From Plasmodiophora brassicae (lineage: Eukaryota): a stretch of DNA of 64,000 nt. Where the stretch lies: NCBI GenBank assembly GCA_036867785.1, contig CP145412.1, positions 1,302,001 to 1,366,000 of the forward strand. Direction: 5' to 3'. The position numbers were made by a program, and so were the translations under genes. The notes below the pieces were generated by a model, which did not search any database, was not told where the DNA came from, and was given only the letters and a program-made list of their open reading frames with translations. Of this stretch, positions 22,361 to 34,900 are shown piece after piece; within the stretch, counting starts at the first letter, position 1, and each line of letters starts with the position of its first letter.

Positions 22361-23335
22361 TTATGCTTCGTCCATGTTCTCCATATCGTTGTCATGATCG
22401 ACGTCGACCTCATTCGTAATCTCAGCCGCGATCCTGCGCCCGAAATCGGATTCGCCTGGACGACTGGCTGCTTCCATCGCGGCGATCATCTCTTCGGTGT
22501 CAGCAGCGGCTTCATGTAGTGATTCAAGCTGCGTCATGAGCAGATTGACGCCCGCCGTGACTGTCTTGAAGCCCGCCGTGACTGTCTTCGCAGTGTCCAA
22601 GATGTCTTCCAGCTTCCTCTTAAATCGTTCAGATACACATCTTGTTACGCGCATGCTCGTCTGCATGTTGTGGAGGACAGCACCCGAGTCTATTGGAACC
22701 ATGCGGAACAGGTGGGATAGATGAGGTGGGGGCGCCTCTGCCGCCCTTTCTTCACGCACCTGCTGCGGCTGGGCCTCGATCCACGCCGCCCACTGCAACC
22801 AGTTCGTATCATAGGCGAAGTACTCCGGATGCAGTCGTCTCAGCGATTCCTTCCGGGCATCCACCAACGCGATAGATGCTGCGCCGGCGCGATCCCTCTC
22901 TCGCTGTAGTAGAGCGTTCGAGACAAGTTTGAACATTGCCGCTGACGTCACCGACAGCGAGTAGCGGTGCACGTACAGAGTGAGCGTCTTACCACAAACG
23001 TGATTGAGAACGTCGCTGTTACGATAACGCGATGGCGGATACGACCGCTTCGCGCTTTCATCGTGCACGACAACGAAATGGTCCAGATCGGCCGCAGTGG
23101 GCTGCTCCTCCGACCAATGCGGCGACCGCCCATCATCGCCGAATCCGACGTGATTCCGGATGTATCCGGCGACTTTCTCCCACATCTGCGACGCCAGGTC
23201 ATCGTACGAGCTGCAGAGAACGTCCCAGGTCCCGAGAGACGGCACCGACGTCTGTCCTTTAAAATCGCGAACGATGATCTTGAAGCACAGGTGGTAGAGT
23301 CCATCACGCTGAGCGACGTCCATGACGGGCAGCAA
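22361..23335 (-). CDS. Transposon-borne second ORF (~320 aa), unknown function, C-terminal coiled coil
   Basis: Intact, intronless ORF between the TIRs and convergent on the transposase. Contains RDRAGAAS, W.QWAAWI and PPPHLSHLF, plus a 21-bp-period duplication at ~22551-22589 (KTVTAG twice). First ATG is near 23323. Confidence 0.75.
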   Translation of the reverse strand: MLPVMDVAQRDGLYHLCFKIIVRDFKGQTSVPSLGTWDVLCSSYDDLASQMWEKVAGYIRNHVGFGDDGRSPHWSEEQPTAADLDHFVVVHDESAKRSYPPSRYRNSDVLNHVCGKTLTLYVHRYSLSVTSAAMFKLVSNALLQRERDRAGAASIALVDARKESLRRLHPEYFAYDTNWLQWAAWIEAQPQQVREERAAEAPPPHLSHLFRMVPIDSGAVLHNMQTSMRVTRCVSERFKRKLEDILDTAKTVTAGFKTVTAGVNLLMTQLESLHEAAADTEEMIAAMEAASRPGESDFGRRIAAEITNEVDVDHDNDMENMDEA

Positions 23336-23574
23336 GTCGCGGTTTGGCCGTCCGACGGAGTTCGCCGGATCGGGAAACGAGGGGTCAGCTCTCGCTTGGC
23401 GCTTCCGCTACCTGCTGATAGCCGTTGCGGCGCAATTCGAGTGCGGCGGGATTTTCCCCGCACGACTCCAATTTGGTGCTGACGCCGCCAATAACGGTAT
23501 AGTAACGGGCGTATACGCAGCAAGATGCCACAGTGAACGTTGAAAACGTGTTTAGAAAAGCGGTCGGAAGGCGT

Positions 23575-24224
23575 TCAGGGCAGCAGGTGGTACCCTGTTT
23601 GGGATTGGTGGGCGCGAGACGCGGGTGAACAGAGCCGGTACAGCATGTAGAAGCCGAGGAGGGCGGTGATGGCAGAGGCGGAGACGATGGTGATCAAGTA
23701 CCATAGGCCAGGCAGGAAGCATTGGCCGTAGCACCAGGAATTGGCGGTGATCCGGGCAACGAGGCGCGGCGTCTCGCTGAGGACGATGGTGGTGTCCGGT
23801 GCTCGGGAGATCGACCCGGGAACGCAGAGCCCGCCAACGCCGTTATTGCTTGTGATCTGAATCCGTAGGTCGTAGTTGCCGAGTTCGACCGTCATCTTGC
23901 CGTCGCGAATATGTGCACACCCACGTTGGGCGACGCATGCCGAGCACGTCATGTTCGCCCCCGTGTTGCACGCGCATTGCTCCACAGCAAACAACGGGTA
24001 ATCCACGCGCCGGTCATTGTGGCACGCCCCCGTCAGCATCTCGCATGTTTGCGACCTTGAACACCACATGCACCCTGCCATCGTTCACACAACGCCAGGG
24101 CAGGCGTGGACCCGCCCGGCTTACCCGTGTGCGCCGACGTGCAATCATGGCAGGTGCCGTACTTGGAACACAACGCAGATGCTGCCCCGACCAGCAGAAC
24201 GACGGCCGCGACGCGAACCGTCAT
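23575..24224 (-). CDS. Type I membrane protein with two Cys-rich PSI-like repeats
   Basis: Signal peptide MTVRVAAVVLLVGAASA; CSKYGTCHDC...GCMWC and TCSACVAQRGC; TM LWYLITIVSASAITALLGFYMLY; tail GYHLLP; one intron. Confidence 0.7.
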
Positions 24225-24538
24225 GGCCAGAGGATGACCCCGCGCAACCGCCTCGTGTGCGTGTGTGTTTGCGTGCGACGGCGCGGGATTCCTCGCCGGA
24301 ACTGCAACCGAGACTCCGTCCGTCGTCGGGCGCCGCCGGCTGTGACTCGGGGGGGGGGGTCCGTTTATGGACCCTGTACGTACCCGGCTGCGACTGCTGC
24401 AAACGGAAGTGAATTGTATTGTACTGGAATGGCGGCCGACGACGCGCGGCGGCATTCCACAAACGGTACTGGGTCGACAAAACCGGATGGGGACGCGAGC
24501 GCGGCGGCCGCGCGCGTTGTAGCACACGTCCAGACGCG

Positions 24539-25916
24539 ATGAGGCAGTGGGGTGCTGCGTTCGCCGCCGGCGCTGCCACCGTACGTTGGGCGTGAGCACG
24601 TGTACGCTGAGCTGAGTGCCAGTGGCAGGCGGCGCGTGCGCGGCTGTCGTCGCGGATGATCCATGCAGTACGCGCTTCGTGATCCGCGCAGGGTATCGAT
24701 CGTGATGGGCGTTGCAGGTCCCGAGGGGGTATCCGAAACGTGTGCGTATCGTGGAGGTGGGCCCAAGGGATGGGTTGCAGAACGAACCGGGCGCTGTAAT
24801 CAAGACGGACGTCAAGGTGGCTCTGATTAACCTGCTGAGCGAGGCGGGACTGTCGGCGATCGAGGCCGCCGCGTTTGTCTCCCCGAAATGGGTGCCTCAG
24901 GTTCAGTATGGCAATGGATGGACCCGCGGGAACGTCTGACATCTGGGCAGATGGCGGACGGCGCCGAGATCATGAAGTCGATACAGAAGCGTGACGGCGT
25001 CGAATACCCGGTTCTCGTCCCAAATCTCGCTGGATTCAAACGTGCTCTGGAAGCTAGTGCTCGCCAGGTAGCGCGCTTGGTTGTGTGTTTATGCGTTCGG
25101 GCAGCAGTTACAGGTTCGTGAACAGGTGGCCGTGTTCGCGTCGGCGTCAGAAGCGTTCAGCCAGAAGAACATCAACTGCTCGATTGATGAGAGCTTTGCA
25201 CGGTTTGAACCGGTCATCCAGGCAGCGCTGGAGAACGATGTGAAAGTTCGAGGGTAGCGTACCACTCTTCAATCTGCTTGCTCGTCGTCTGACAGGACGT
25301 ATGTTCAAGGTACGTGTCCTGCGTGATAGGTTGCCCATACGAAGGCCCAGTTGACTCCGCTGTTGTGGCGTCCGTGTCGCGCCGCCTGCTGGACATGGGA
25401 TGCTATGAGATATCCCTGGGAGACACCATTGGGACCGGAACGCCTGGCACAGTGGAGACCATGCTCTCTGCCGTGACCACGTCCATCCCGATCCATCGGG
25501 TCGCTGTTCACTTTCATGACACGGTCTGTTCGATGTGTCTAACCCGAAACGGGCGGTGCTCACGTTTGAGGTAGTACGGGCAGGCGCTCGCCAACATCCT
25601 GTGCGCCTTCTCGATGGGGGTGTCGGTCGTGGACAGTTCGGTTGCAGGTCTTGGAGGATGCCCCTACGCGCAGGGCGCGACCGGCAATGTCGCCACCGGT
25701 GCGTTGCCCTCCTTTCAGTGCGCTTCCTCTGTTACTGACATTTCGACAGAGGACGTCGTGTACATGCTGCAAGGCATGGGTATTGATTGTGGTGTCGACC
25801 TCGAGAAACTGCTCGACGCCACAAGTTTCATCTGCGATCAGCTAGGTCGCCCTCCAGCTGGGCGAGCCGCCCGCGCCCTTCTCGTCAAACGAGCTAAGGC
25901 GGGCGAATCCGAATAG
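24539..25916 (+). CDS. HMGCL: Hydroxymethylglutaryl-CoA lyase; multi-exon
   Basis: [77 protein letters not shown]. Confidence 0.96.
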
Positions 25917-26015
25917 CACCCAGCGGTCAGTCAGACGTCCTATGGACGCTCCCTGCAGAGTCTCATTTTCAGACATCAGATTCTTGATACATTCGTTTAT
26001 CGTGCTGCCGCAGCG

Positions 26016-29000
26016 TCATTGTGGTTCAGCAACTCGGTATCGGTCTGCCGCTGCCGGCGGGTCTGCGCTCCACTCGTCTGGTTGCCCGGACGAGGCCGAT
26101 GATGTTGCTATCCTAAGGCGCTTCTTGAGCGCCAGGTTCTCGCTGCGAAGCGTATAGAGCTGGAGGCGCATGTGAGCGATCTCCATATCCTTTTCGGTTT
26201 CATGGTCGCCTGTGTTCGTAAATGGGTCGTTGTGGTTGCCGGCGCCGGCATTATCGGTTTCAAGCAGGTTGCGACCGCTGCGGAACGATTGCCGAAGCTT
26301 GGCCCCTGTTAGCGGGCCCGCGTCTGGCTTGCGGGCATAGACAATCCTGGGGAGCGTCAGGCACAGGACGACCATGACGGTCACCACCTCCAGCGACGTG
26401 AACGACATGACGAACGATAACGTCGGGCTGGTGACCACGAACATGGACGTGGGAATGATGACTGTCGACGTGAAGAATATGGCGTACTGTGCTATACTCA
26501 ACGAGCGTGTCTCTGCGAGACGCTCCCAGTCAGAACGGGCGTCAGTCGACAATGGCTACGAAGCGGCCGCACCGTTAAATTCTCTGGGGATCCACCAGCT
26601 CCTCAACGAGACAATCACGCTGGCGACGACGATGCCGCCAAAGTACACGGCCAGGGAGGTCAGCATGTAGACGTCGTATGTGCAATACTTGTCGACGACG
26701 ATGCTCGTGCTGGTCCTGTCGAGCTCCATCGTGCTGATTTCAGGCGGTGACGCCAACATGCCGGCAGTGATGATGACCGCCATCCCCGTCGCCAGCATCA
26801 GGACGTGGCGTGCCACGGTCGTATCGTTCACAGCGACGACGTTCGACGTCTCGGTCCCGACGGCGGAGAATATCCTGAGCATTCGCAGGTTCTTGGCGAA
26901 GATCGTGGATAGGATGGTGACGACCAGCATCGGGAACCACGACATCCTGATGACGCACATGGTGACCGTCGACTCCCAGGCCAGCTGGATGGCCGACCCG
27001 GTCAACAGGCACGACAGGATGCAGATGACGCAGGTGAAACGGACGCTCACAGATCGAACCGCTCGCGTCCTGCGATATCTGATGATGCACCCGAGTGCCG
27101 CCAGGATGATCAGCGACGCGATGATCGATGTCGCGATCGCCAGACCCATGGTCACATCGTCCAGCTGATGTTCCACCTCGGCCATGTCCTGTCCAGCGGG
27201 CACTAATCGACACACTGGCCAGGCGATCGACTGCATCGGGATCTGGTTCACGTCCACATCGCCAGCAGGCACGTCCGGTCCTGTGAACGGTCAGTCGCGC
27301 GTTCTGCCTAGGGGCCCATATCCGGTACCCGTCATCGCTGCTGAACAGGCTGCCCTGTACGCGTAATCAGGCGTCGCTGTCGTGATGAAGGTGGGCCCAG
27401 CGTGGATCGTCCGCGGCGGCGACACGCTCTCGGTGAGGTTCGTGTCGAACACGAGCTCGTTGCCGCCCGTGATGGCGCGTACGAGCATGAGGACGTTCGG
27501 CAGGTACCCCTGCAGGAACGCGTTCTGGTCGACGGCGAAGAACCAGTTGCCCTGGCCCATGGCCGTTAACGCCGACGGGGTCGCCTGCCAGCACGCCCCA
27601 CTGATCTTGCCCTGCCCCAGACCGAACCTATCGCTTCATCAGCACGAAGAACGCCAGATCTCATCTCGCGGCCACCTTCCCGTCCCCTGCAGGACGTTGA
27701 TCGCGTAATCGACCATGTCGACGCCGGGGGCGACGAACAGGTCAGTACCGCTCGCGATGAACGGCGCCATTGCCGACGCGTACAGGGTCTCGTCGAGCGG
27801 GTCCGACAGGAAGGCGTAGTCAGCAGTGACACGCAGCAGCGTTAGGCGGTCGACAACGCCCAGGCAGCGATCTCGCAGGGCGGACACGCCCCGGGTTCCG
27901 TTGAACCCGGCGCCGTCGTACAGGCACGTGACATGGGCGAACCCGCCGGATGCGATCAGGTCGCCCGCCATCGCGCCCGACCCGTAATCCGGCATGAACA
28001 CGTTCACGTCGTACGCCGACGCTGACTGCACCATGGACAGGTCGTTGTGAACACTGACGACCGGCACCTGCCACGTCGCGTTCCCCACGATCGCCCGGGT
28101 TGCCGACAATGACGCGTCGGCGGCAATGCCCACGCCGATCAGGTTGGTCGACGGTATCGACGCGACGTGCGCCGCCGTTGACGAATCGGTGGGCGCGGCC
28201 GGCAGGTATTCACGCACCTGACGACACGTCAGCGACGGTGCGGGGGTGCGTGCGTGCCGGTCGCCTGCTACCTGGACGCCGGCCTCACGTGCCGCCAGGA
28301 TGATCCCGCTGCGCGCCTCCGCCCAGAACGCGTTGTCGGGCGCGCCGTGTACCCATTCGATGCGCCAGTGGGATCGGTCCCAGCAGAGGGCCGACCCGGT
28401 GCACATGGGGAACCCGGCGTCCTGTCGCGCCGCGTTCCCGATCGCGTTCGCGTCGACCGACGTGATCAGCCGGGGGCCCGTTTGCAGCATGGTCGTGGCG
28501 AGGCGCGACCGCGTCAGTCTCAGGGCGTACATGAGGGCGACGCTGAGGTACCCCTGCAGGTACGGCTGCGTGTCGACGAGGAACGGGACCAGGCTGTTGG
28601 GCAGCGCCATCTCCTTCGCAACGCGCTCCTGCATCTCGGTCGGGATGACGATCGTCGTGTTCGCCCCGAGGGATCGGACGGCCTGGATGACGTCGGCGGC
28701 AATGGTGCCCGTCGCGTAGATCGCTGTGACGCCGTCGTGGACGAGGTCGGCGACCTGGCCGGACAGGTTCTGGGCGACGACCTGGCCGCTGGACAGGCCC
28801 GCGCCCCGCATCGTTGCGATCCATCCCTGGCAGCGCAGGTCGTGGCTGGACAACGTGGCGACCTGGTTCAGGCAGACGGTGCTGTTCGCGTACGCCGGCA
28901 ACGTCGCCAGCAGGTGCGATGCCGCCCGCGCGCCCACGACCCGGTTGTCGGGGCCCACGTGGAACACGGGACGCACGGCCGCGTCGCCGAGGAATTGCTC

Positions 29001-29488
29001 GCCAGAGATCACACTGGCGAACGACACCGCCTGGCCCTGCAACGAACGGATCGTCCGCATCGGCGGCGACGACAGGCTCTGCGAATTGGGCGGCGTCAGC
29101 GCAGGGCGGCCGGGCGGGGCACGCAATGACGGACGCTGGAGGACAGCTGAGCGATGACGTTCGTGAACCCGAGATCGACGGCCCTGAGGATCGCGAGCGC
29201 CTGCGCCGTCGGGGAGAACACGTCGTTCGACCAGGTGTGCAGGGGCAGGCCGCGGTCGCTCGCCGCCCTGTTATCGTTCACCCGTCAGCACCGCTGGCCC
29301 ATCGCAAACGCAAACGCGAACACCGACTGCCTGGCGCCGGCCAGGAAGGCGGTGACGAACGGCGTCTTGTTGGGCTCGGCGACGATCACGGCGATCTTGA
29401 TGGCGCGCGGGTCGGTGCAGGGGCAACGCGCGTTCCGGAACAGGCGGTCCTCGACGGCGACGACACCGTCGTCGTCGTCATCTGCCAT
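26016..29488 (-). CDS. Class C (7tm_3) GPCR-like receptor with two tandem periplasmic sugar-binding-protein-like ectodomains
   Basis: VDTQPYLQGY...TGPRLIT and FAVDQNAFLQGY...GPTFIT (type I PBP C-terminal signature twice). Seven hydrophobic segments include AKNLRMLRIF, and IPREFNE is restored by intron 26513-26572. 5' end uncertain. Confidence 0.8.
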
Positions 29489-29821
29489 GCGGTCTGTCAG
29501 TCGCGACCCCCTGTCCCCGCCGACGTCCCGCGTCACGACATGGTTGTGATCCAGTCACTGGGACTGCATGACGCCCTCCGTTCAGGCGGACGACGACGAC
29601 CTCAACAACGGCTCCAGACGTATTGATCAGGTCTGCCCTGGGGCACACGGGTGCGGCGGTCGTTCGAGGGAGTGTGGGTTATATATGCATTCAGACAGAG
29701 ACGGCTGCTATCGCAGAAGGTCGGCCTGCCACTTGGCGAAGTCGACCTTGTTGGGCCTGGTTCGGGTCGGGGCGGCCGTGTCGCGGGCAGACGGTCGTAG
29801 CGCGATCTGGGCACACACGAT

Positions 29822-30439
29822 TCAGAACACGGGGCGGCGCCGCGTCGAGATGGTCCCCACCAGGTCGACCAGCTGGACAATGTCCTCGGCAGGTCCGCCC
29901 AGCTGCGTCGTGGCGGCGTGACTTGCCAGGTGGATCGCCTTCTTGACCGACTTCAGGTTGATCGAGTCGAGACTGGACTCGGTGAGGACAGCCACGGCCG
30001 CTCGGGCCTCCTTGCCGTCCTCGATATGCTTCTGTGAGCCAGTCCGGTCACGATTCTGCCTCGACGTGCCGACTGTGGGCGTACGGCTGCCATGGAATGC
30101 CAGGCGAACAGCCGAATGTAATCGGTGTAGGAGACGACGTCGTGGCAGGACGATTTGGCCACCATGGCCAGCAGATCTTGCAGCTCCTGCACGTCGTTGA
30201 GAGAGGCCATCCCCAAGTTCTGGGATAGAAGCCGGTACAGGTCGTCAATCGTGATGGATCCCGCTATCCCAAGCCGATGTCAGCTCGGACCGAAGCGCGG
30301 GAATCGGCGTCGTACAAGCGCTCGCATCGAACAGGCCGAACAGGGTCGTGACCTCCATCAAATCGGTCGCGTCGAGGTGCTTGTACTTCCGCGCAAAGCT
30401 CGGCTCATGTCGGGCGAGAAGCGCCATGGCGTTCGCCAT
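29822..30439 (-). CDS. Degenerate EF-hand/calmodulin-like protein; multi-exon
   Basis: LMEVTTLFGLFDAS, IDDLYRLL..LG, ELQDLLAMV....DVVSYTDYIRLF, SINLKSVKKAI. Confidence 0.5.
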
Positions 30440-30572
30440 GCCTGGCAGGGCGGCGCGGTGGGATCCGGACGCACCCACCATCGCCCCCGGGCGGGCAGTC
30501 ATCACTACTCGTACGCCAGTCGATCTCGTCGTCCTATCGTTACGGCAAGACCGTAACGGGACGCTCCACAAT

Positions 30573-31497
30573 TTACTTGACCTTCTTCATCTCAACGGCA
30601 TCGTCCTCTGGGACACCACCACGAAGGCTGGATGTGCAGTACCGGCAGCGGACAGCGCTGAGGCTGATTCGGCTGGCGAATCGGTCAGAAACGGGGACGC
30701 GGGCGCCAGGTCACGGGTGCAGCGGATCCCACCAGGTACAGAAGGGGCAGATCCGAGTCGCCGGTCCAATGCCCTGGACTCTCTCTTCCTCGGTAAACGC
30801 GTGGTTGTACACTGGTTCGCATGCCGGGTTCAGTCTGTGCAGGACGAGCACCTCGCGCGATGGCGAGTACCTTTCGCAACGATGTAGACGGCGAGGACCA
30901 GGATGAATCCGTTCAGCAACGCGTGTAGGAAGGCGCCCCAGTTCCTTCCCGGGGGCGTCAGAGCGCACATCAGGCACACGGCTTGCAAATAGCAACGTAC
31001 AGTATGACCGCCCCGGCTTTAGACGCTGAGTGAAACGCGCTTAAGAGCATGCGTCGTCATGTTGATGGGCGCCGAACATACCTGCGTCGGCGTTGTCGTA
31101 AAAGCAGGTCAGCGGCCCGCTTCCGCACTGGAGCACGATGAACATGTTCTTCAGGTCCCGCTCGATAGCTTGCACGAATCAGGACGTCAGTACGGTTGGT
31201 TCGGGTTGTACTTCCAGGCGCGCTCCGTTACGAAGAATGAACGCCAGGATTGGGGCGACGATATGGTCGGCGAGCGCCCGGACGAGGTTCGAGAAACAAC
31301 CGGCAACAACCTAAGGCTACCGTCTCAGCACCCGGCATATACCCATCCTGCCAAAGCGTATGGACCAATCCCATCGACATGTCGAACACCTTCCCGGTGC
31401 CGACCAGGCGCCGCAGCTCGCCGAACATCGTGAACGCTTTCTGACGGGCCACGCGCTCGAACCGCGTCTCCTCGTAGTCGTCATCGGCCATATGCAT
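30573..31497 (-). CDS. mscL: Large-conductance mechanosensitive channel MscL homolog with C-terminal Cys4 zinc ribbon; 6 exons
   Basis: Manual splicing gives GKVFDMSMGLVVAGCFSNLVRALADHIVAPILAF (TM1), DLKNMFIVL, ASKAGAVILNWGAFLHALLNGFILVLAVYIVAK (TM2) and TRICPFCTCRISLSAVRCRYCTSSL. Confidence 0.85.
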
Positions 31498-31964
31498 CCC
31501 GCCGAGACCGGCCGCCCAAACAGCAAACGCGATCAACAGGCTTGTCGACCAGCTTCAGACGCCTCGACGAAAAATAACAATGTGGTCCAGTGGCCACCCC
31601 CAGGCCAAGGTCGACCTGCGATTCGCAGGCGACAGCGAATGTCCTGCCAGGGCGGACAGGACCCGCAGGCGAGGGGCCGTCCGGTAGTCGGAGAACGTCG
31701 TGCGGTTTATTCGCTACTCAATGGTGGGTGGCCCGAAACGCGCGCAGGCGGCAGGCAGGGGCGGGCCGGTCGGTCGGCGGCGGGCGTCGGGGGGACGCCG
31801 GCGGGCGGAGGCCGCGTCCGGGGGGGCGCGTGCCTGGGGCAATGCTTGGCGGTCCGTGATCGCCGCTGGGCGGCGGGTGCCGATGGCCCGGGATTAGAAG
31901 TCACCGCCGCCGCTGCACACAGCGCGGGCAAAGTCCGAAACGCGCCTCGCCTGGTCGACCGGCG

Positions 31965-34900
31965 ATGGCGGCCGTCGCGTTCGCCAAGCTGCTCGGCGAC
32001 AACAACTTTGTGCACTATGTCACGAAGGAGACGCTGACCCTGGGGCGAACCGCCGCGCAGTCGGACGTCGTCCTCGGCGACAACAAGAACATGTCAGTGC
32101 GGTGCACCGCGTGGGTCGATCCTCGCCCGTGACGTTCGTGACAGATCGCGGTGTCATGCCCGGATCGCCTGGAACCCGGACACGTCGTCATTCGAGCTGA
32201 CATGCCTGTCGAAGAACGGGGTCTTTGTGGATGGGCAGTTGAGTGGGCCAAGCAATCCTCCAGTGCCCCTGCATAGTCGCACCCTCATTCAGGTGGGCGC
32301 CCGTAGCGTGCTCCGCCGGCTCGCCCCTCTCAGACGCTTCTGGTGCAGATTGGGCCTCGACTGATATACTTCCTTCTGCCCAAGTCGACGTCGACGACAG
32401 TCGCAGTGGATGGCGAAGGAGATGCGTCGCAGAACCCCCCGCGTGGTCTCCAAGTCAACACCGACCAGGCAACCACTGGCAAGAAGTGGAACAGGACGAA
32501 ACGAGAGCGAATCAGGATGGCGCTTATGCGCTACGGGTACGTTTCGTACTGCAAACGATCTAGTCCAGTGCATTGAACGCACCAAGGTTCGGTCGGTGGG
32601 ACGCGCTCGCTGGGATTCTAGACGATCGGGACTACTCTCTGGTCAACGTCCAGGTCTATTGCTGTCAGCTGGTGCAGCAGCTGATTGCCAGCTGCGATGA
32701 CGCGGCGCTGGCCGCCGGCCTTCGAGAGTTGCTGAGCACTGCGCCCGTTGCGATGCCCGATGAGGACAACCCAGATTCCTCGTTGGTCGACTGGTCGTCG
32801 TTGCAGAAGAATGCCAAGAAGTGGGCGACCAGGCTGATCCTTCTTCACGTACGTAGCGTTCTGCTCCGCCCCCAACTCGCCCAGTAACTCGAGTGCCATT
32901 TAGGAACTCAAGACAGCAATTGACATGTTCGGCGAGAAGGAACTGCTATCAGACATCGGCACCATTAAGGGTGTGCTTGCGTTCGCTCCTCGGACGACGA
33001 ATCCGAATCCATTCTGATGCCATCGTCAGGTCGTCCACTTGGAGGTCATTGGGGGCGCCAGGAAGATCTCGACCTGTGCCGTGGAATCTATCGCCACGGG
33101 TTTGGTGAATTCAACGCCATTCTCAATGACGAGGCTCTCTGCTTCAAGGGTCGATGGGCGAATCGCCAAGGTTTGAAGCGGCCGGTGGCGTTAGGCGTAC
33201 TGAGTGCACCCTGAATGGCGTTTGCAGAGGGTAGCAAAGCGGAAGCCGACGAGGAGAAGGAAGATGATGACGTTTCACAAACTGGTGTCACGGCGCTGGA
33301 CTCGGAAGCGGGTCCGCCTGCTGCTCCTGCGGGGACGGCTGCGACTCAGCCGGTATCCTCCTGTGGATCTACCTGTATCTGCAAACGTTTAATTGCGTTC
33401 TTCAGGTGTCCGAAGGCCAAGGCCTGCCCGAGTGGCCGCAGCACTTAGCGCTGATCGGACGGCTTAAGCGGATCCTGGACCTTCTGCGCGTCAAGATTTC
33501 GAAAAACTACAACGGCTCGGTGTTCAAGAACGGCGGTGGCATCAACAAGCGGAAGATCGACCAGCTCGGATCGGGGGCAGATATGTCAACGCCCAAGAAG
33601 GTGGGTCGTGTCCAAAGACGAGTTCGTGAGCGGGAACTGATTCGTCGACTATCGCGTAGACCAAGCTTACGGCTTCGCGGAAGAAGTCTTCAACAAAGAA
33701 ACGTGTGGATAGCTCCTGGACGATCAAAGATCAGGTACGTGCGCTTTCGGCAAAGCAACCCGAGAGTTGTAGCCGGGCTAACATCGGCATGCAGGCCGCC
33801 TTCCAGCGCGGCATTGTTGCTCAGGGTCACCCCCCTTCGTGGAACGTGTTCCGTAATGCGAACCCGTCGCTGGCTGATAAGCTGGATGCGGAAATGGACG
33901 ACTACTATGACAAGTTTATCGAAGCCGTTGATCGGACAGTTGTATGTTCAGCGTTCCGACGGCTGATCAGTGGTCTAACCCAACATAACAGATCGATTCG
34001 ACAGTGGAGGAACAGTCGGAACAGGCACCGGATGGTGACGGGTATGTGTTTCAGGTTGACGTGGTATGGCCGTCTGCTGACCTTCGTCGTCTCCAGGGAC
34101 GAATCGATGACGTTTACCGTGGGTGTCGCTGTGAAGATAAAGGAGCGCATCGACCTGTTTGACATCGTAATTCCTGTTGTGGTAGCGCGGGATTCTGATC
34201 AGAGGTGGCAGATTTGATCGTATGCGGGACATATTGGCTGTGGGAGATCTGAGGCTACTACACGTTCCGCCGGACCCTGCTCTCTCAGGATTCTACCAAT
34301 CATGGGCGGGCGAGCACGACCTGCAATTCCTCAAAGGTGTGGTCGAGCATGGCATCGGCAACTGGGCAGCGATATTCAAGGACCCGAATCTTCCGCTGCT
34401 GTCAAGTCTTCACGGTCTGCCGGCCGACACGAAGGTTCTGTCCCGTCGTCTTCAGGTACGATTTGCGGGTCCGCGTGACCTGATCCGTTATCCAATGGGC
34501 TGGTTTGGTTCAGCAAATCTTGTCGGCGGTCGGCCTCGATCTCGACGTCCCGCCTCTAAAGTCAAAGTATCAACCGCGTCACCCTGGCGCAAGTAGGAAC
34601 TCGCGTTTGTTTTAACAGGGTACATAAGCCTGATGTTATGCCTCACAGAACCAAGTGATAGTGCAGAAGGCCCTGGCGCTAAGCAGTCTGGAGCGATCCC
34701 ATCGCCAGTCGTATACGACGCCGATGGTCGTGTTGTTCTTCCGATCCAGGTCACGTCCAGCTTGAGACTCTTGTCCCTCGGTCTGAGGCATGCGTTCTGT
34801 TGTGCGCCCCGTATCTGATCCCACTCTGCCCGCAGGGACTGTCGTAAATGGACGCGGTTTCCGAGATGGCAAGCATGTGTTTCCCATCGGGTTCAAATCA

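Larger units (their letters stand above)
21005..23493. mobile_element. Tc1/IS630-like (DD34E) DNA transposon with two convergent ORFs and degenerate TIRs
   Basis: 21005-21040 and the reverse complement of 23458-23493 match at 28/36 positions, both beginning TATTGGCG (possible TA TSD). It encloses two intronless ORFs and looks more AT-rich than its flanks. Confidence 0.75.

Noticed and set aside
22361-23335. ORF2 as a Fanzor/TnpB RNA-guided nuclease
   Set aside because: No RuvC D-E-D motifs and no C-terminal CxxC zinc finger are visible.
25147-25563. Minus-strand ORFs over HMGCL and similar short ORFs over other spliced genes
   Set aside because: Explained by the multi-exon gene on the opposite strand.
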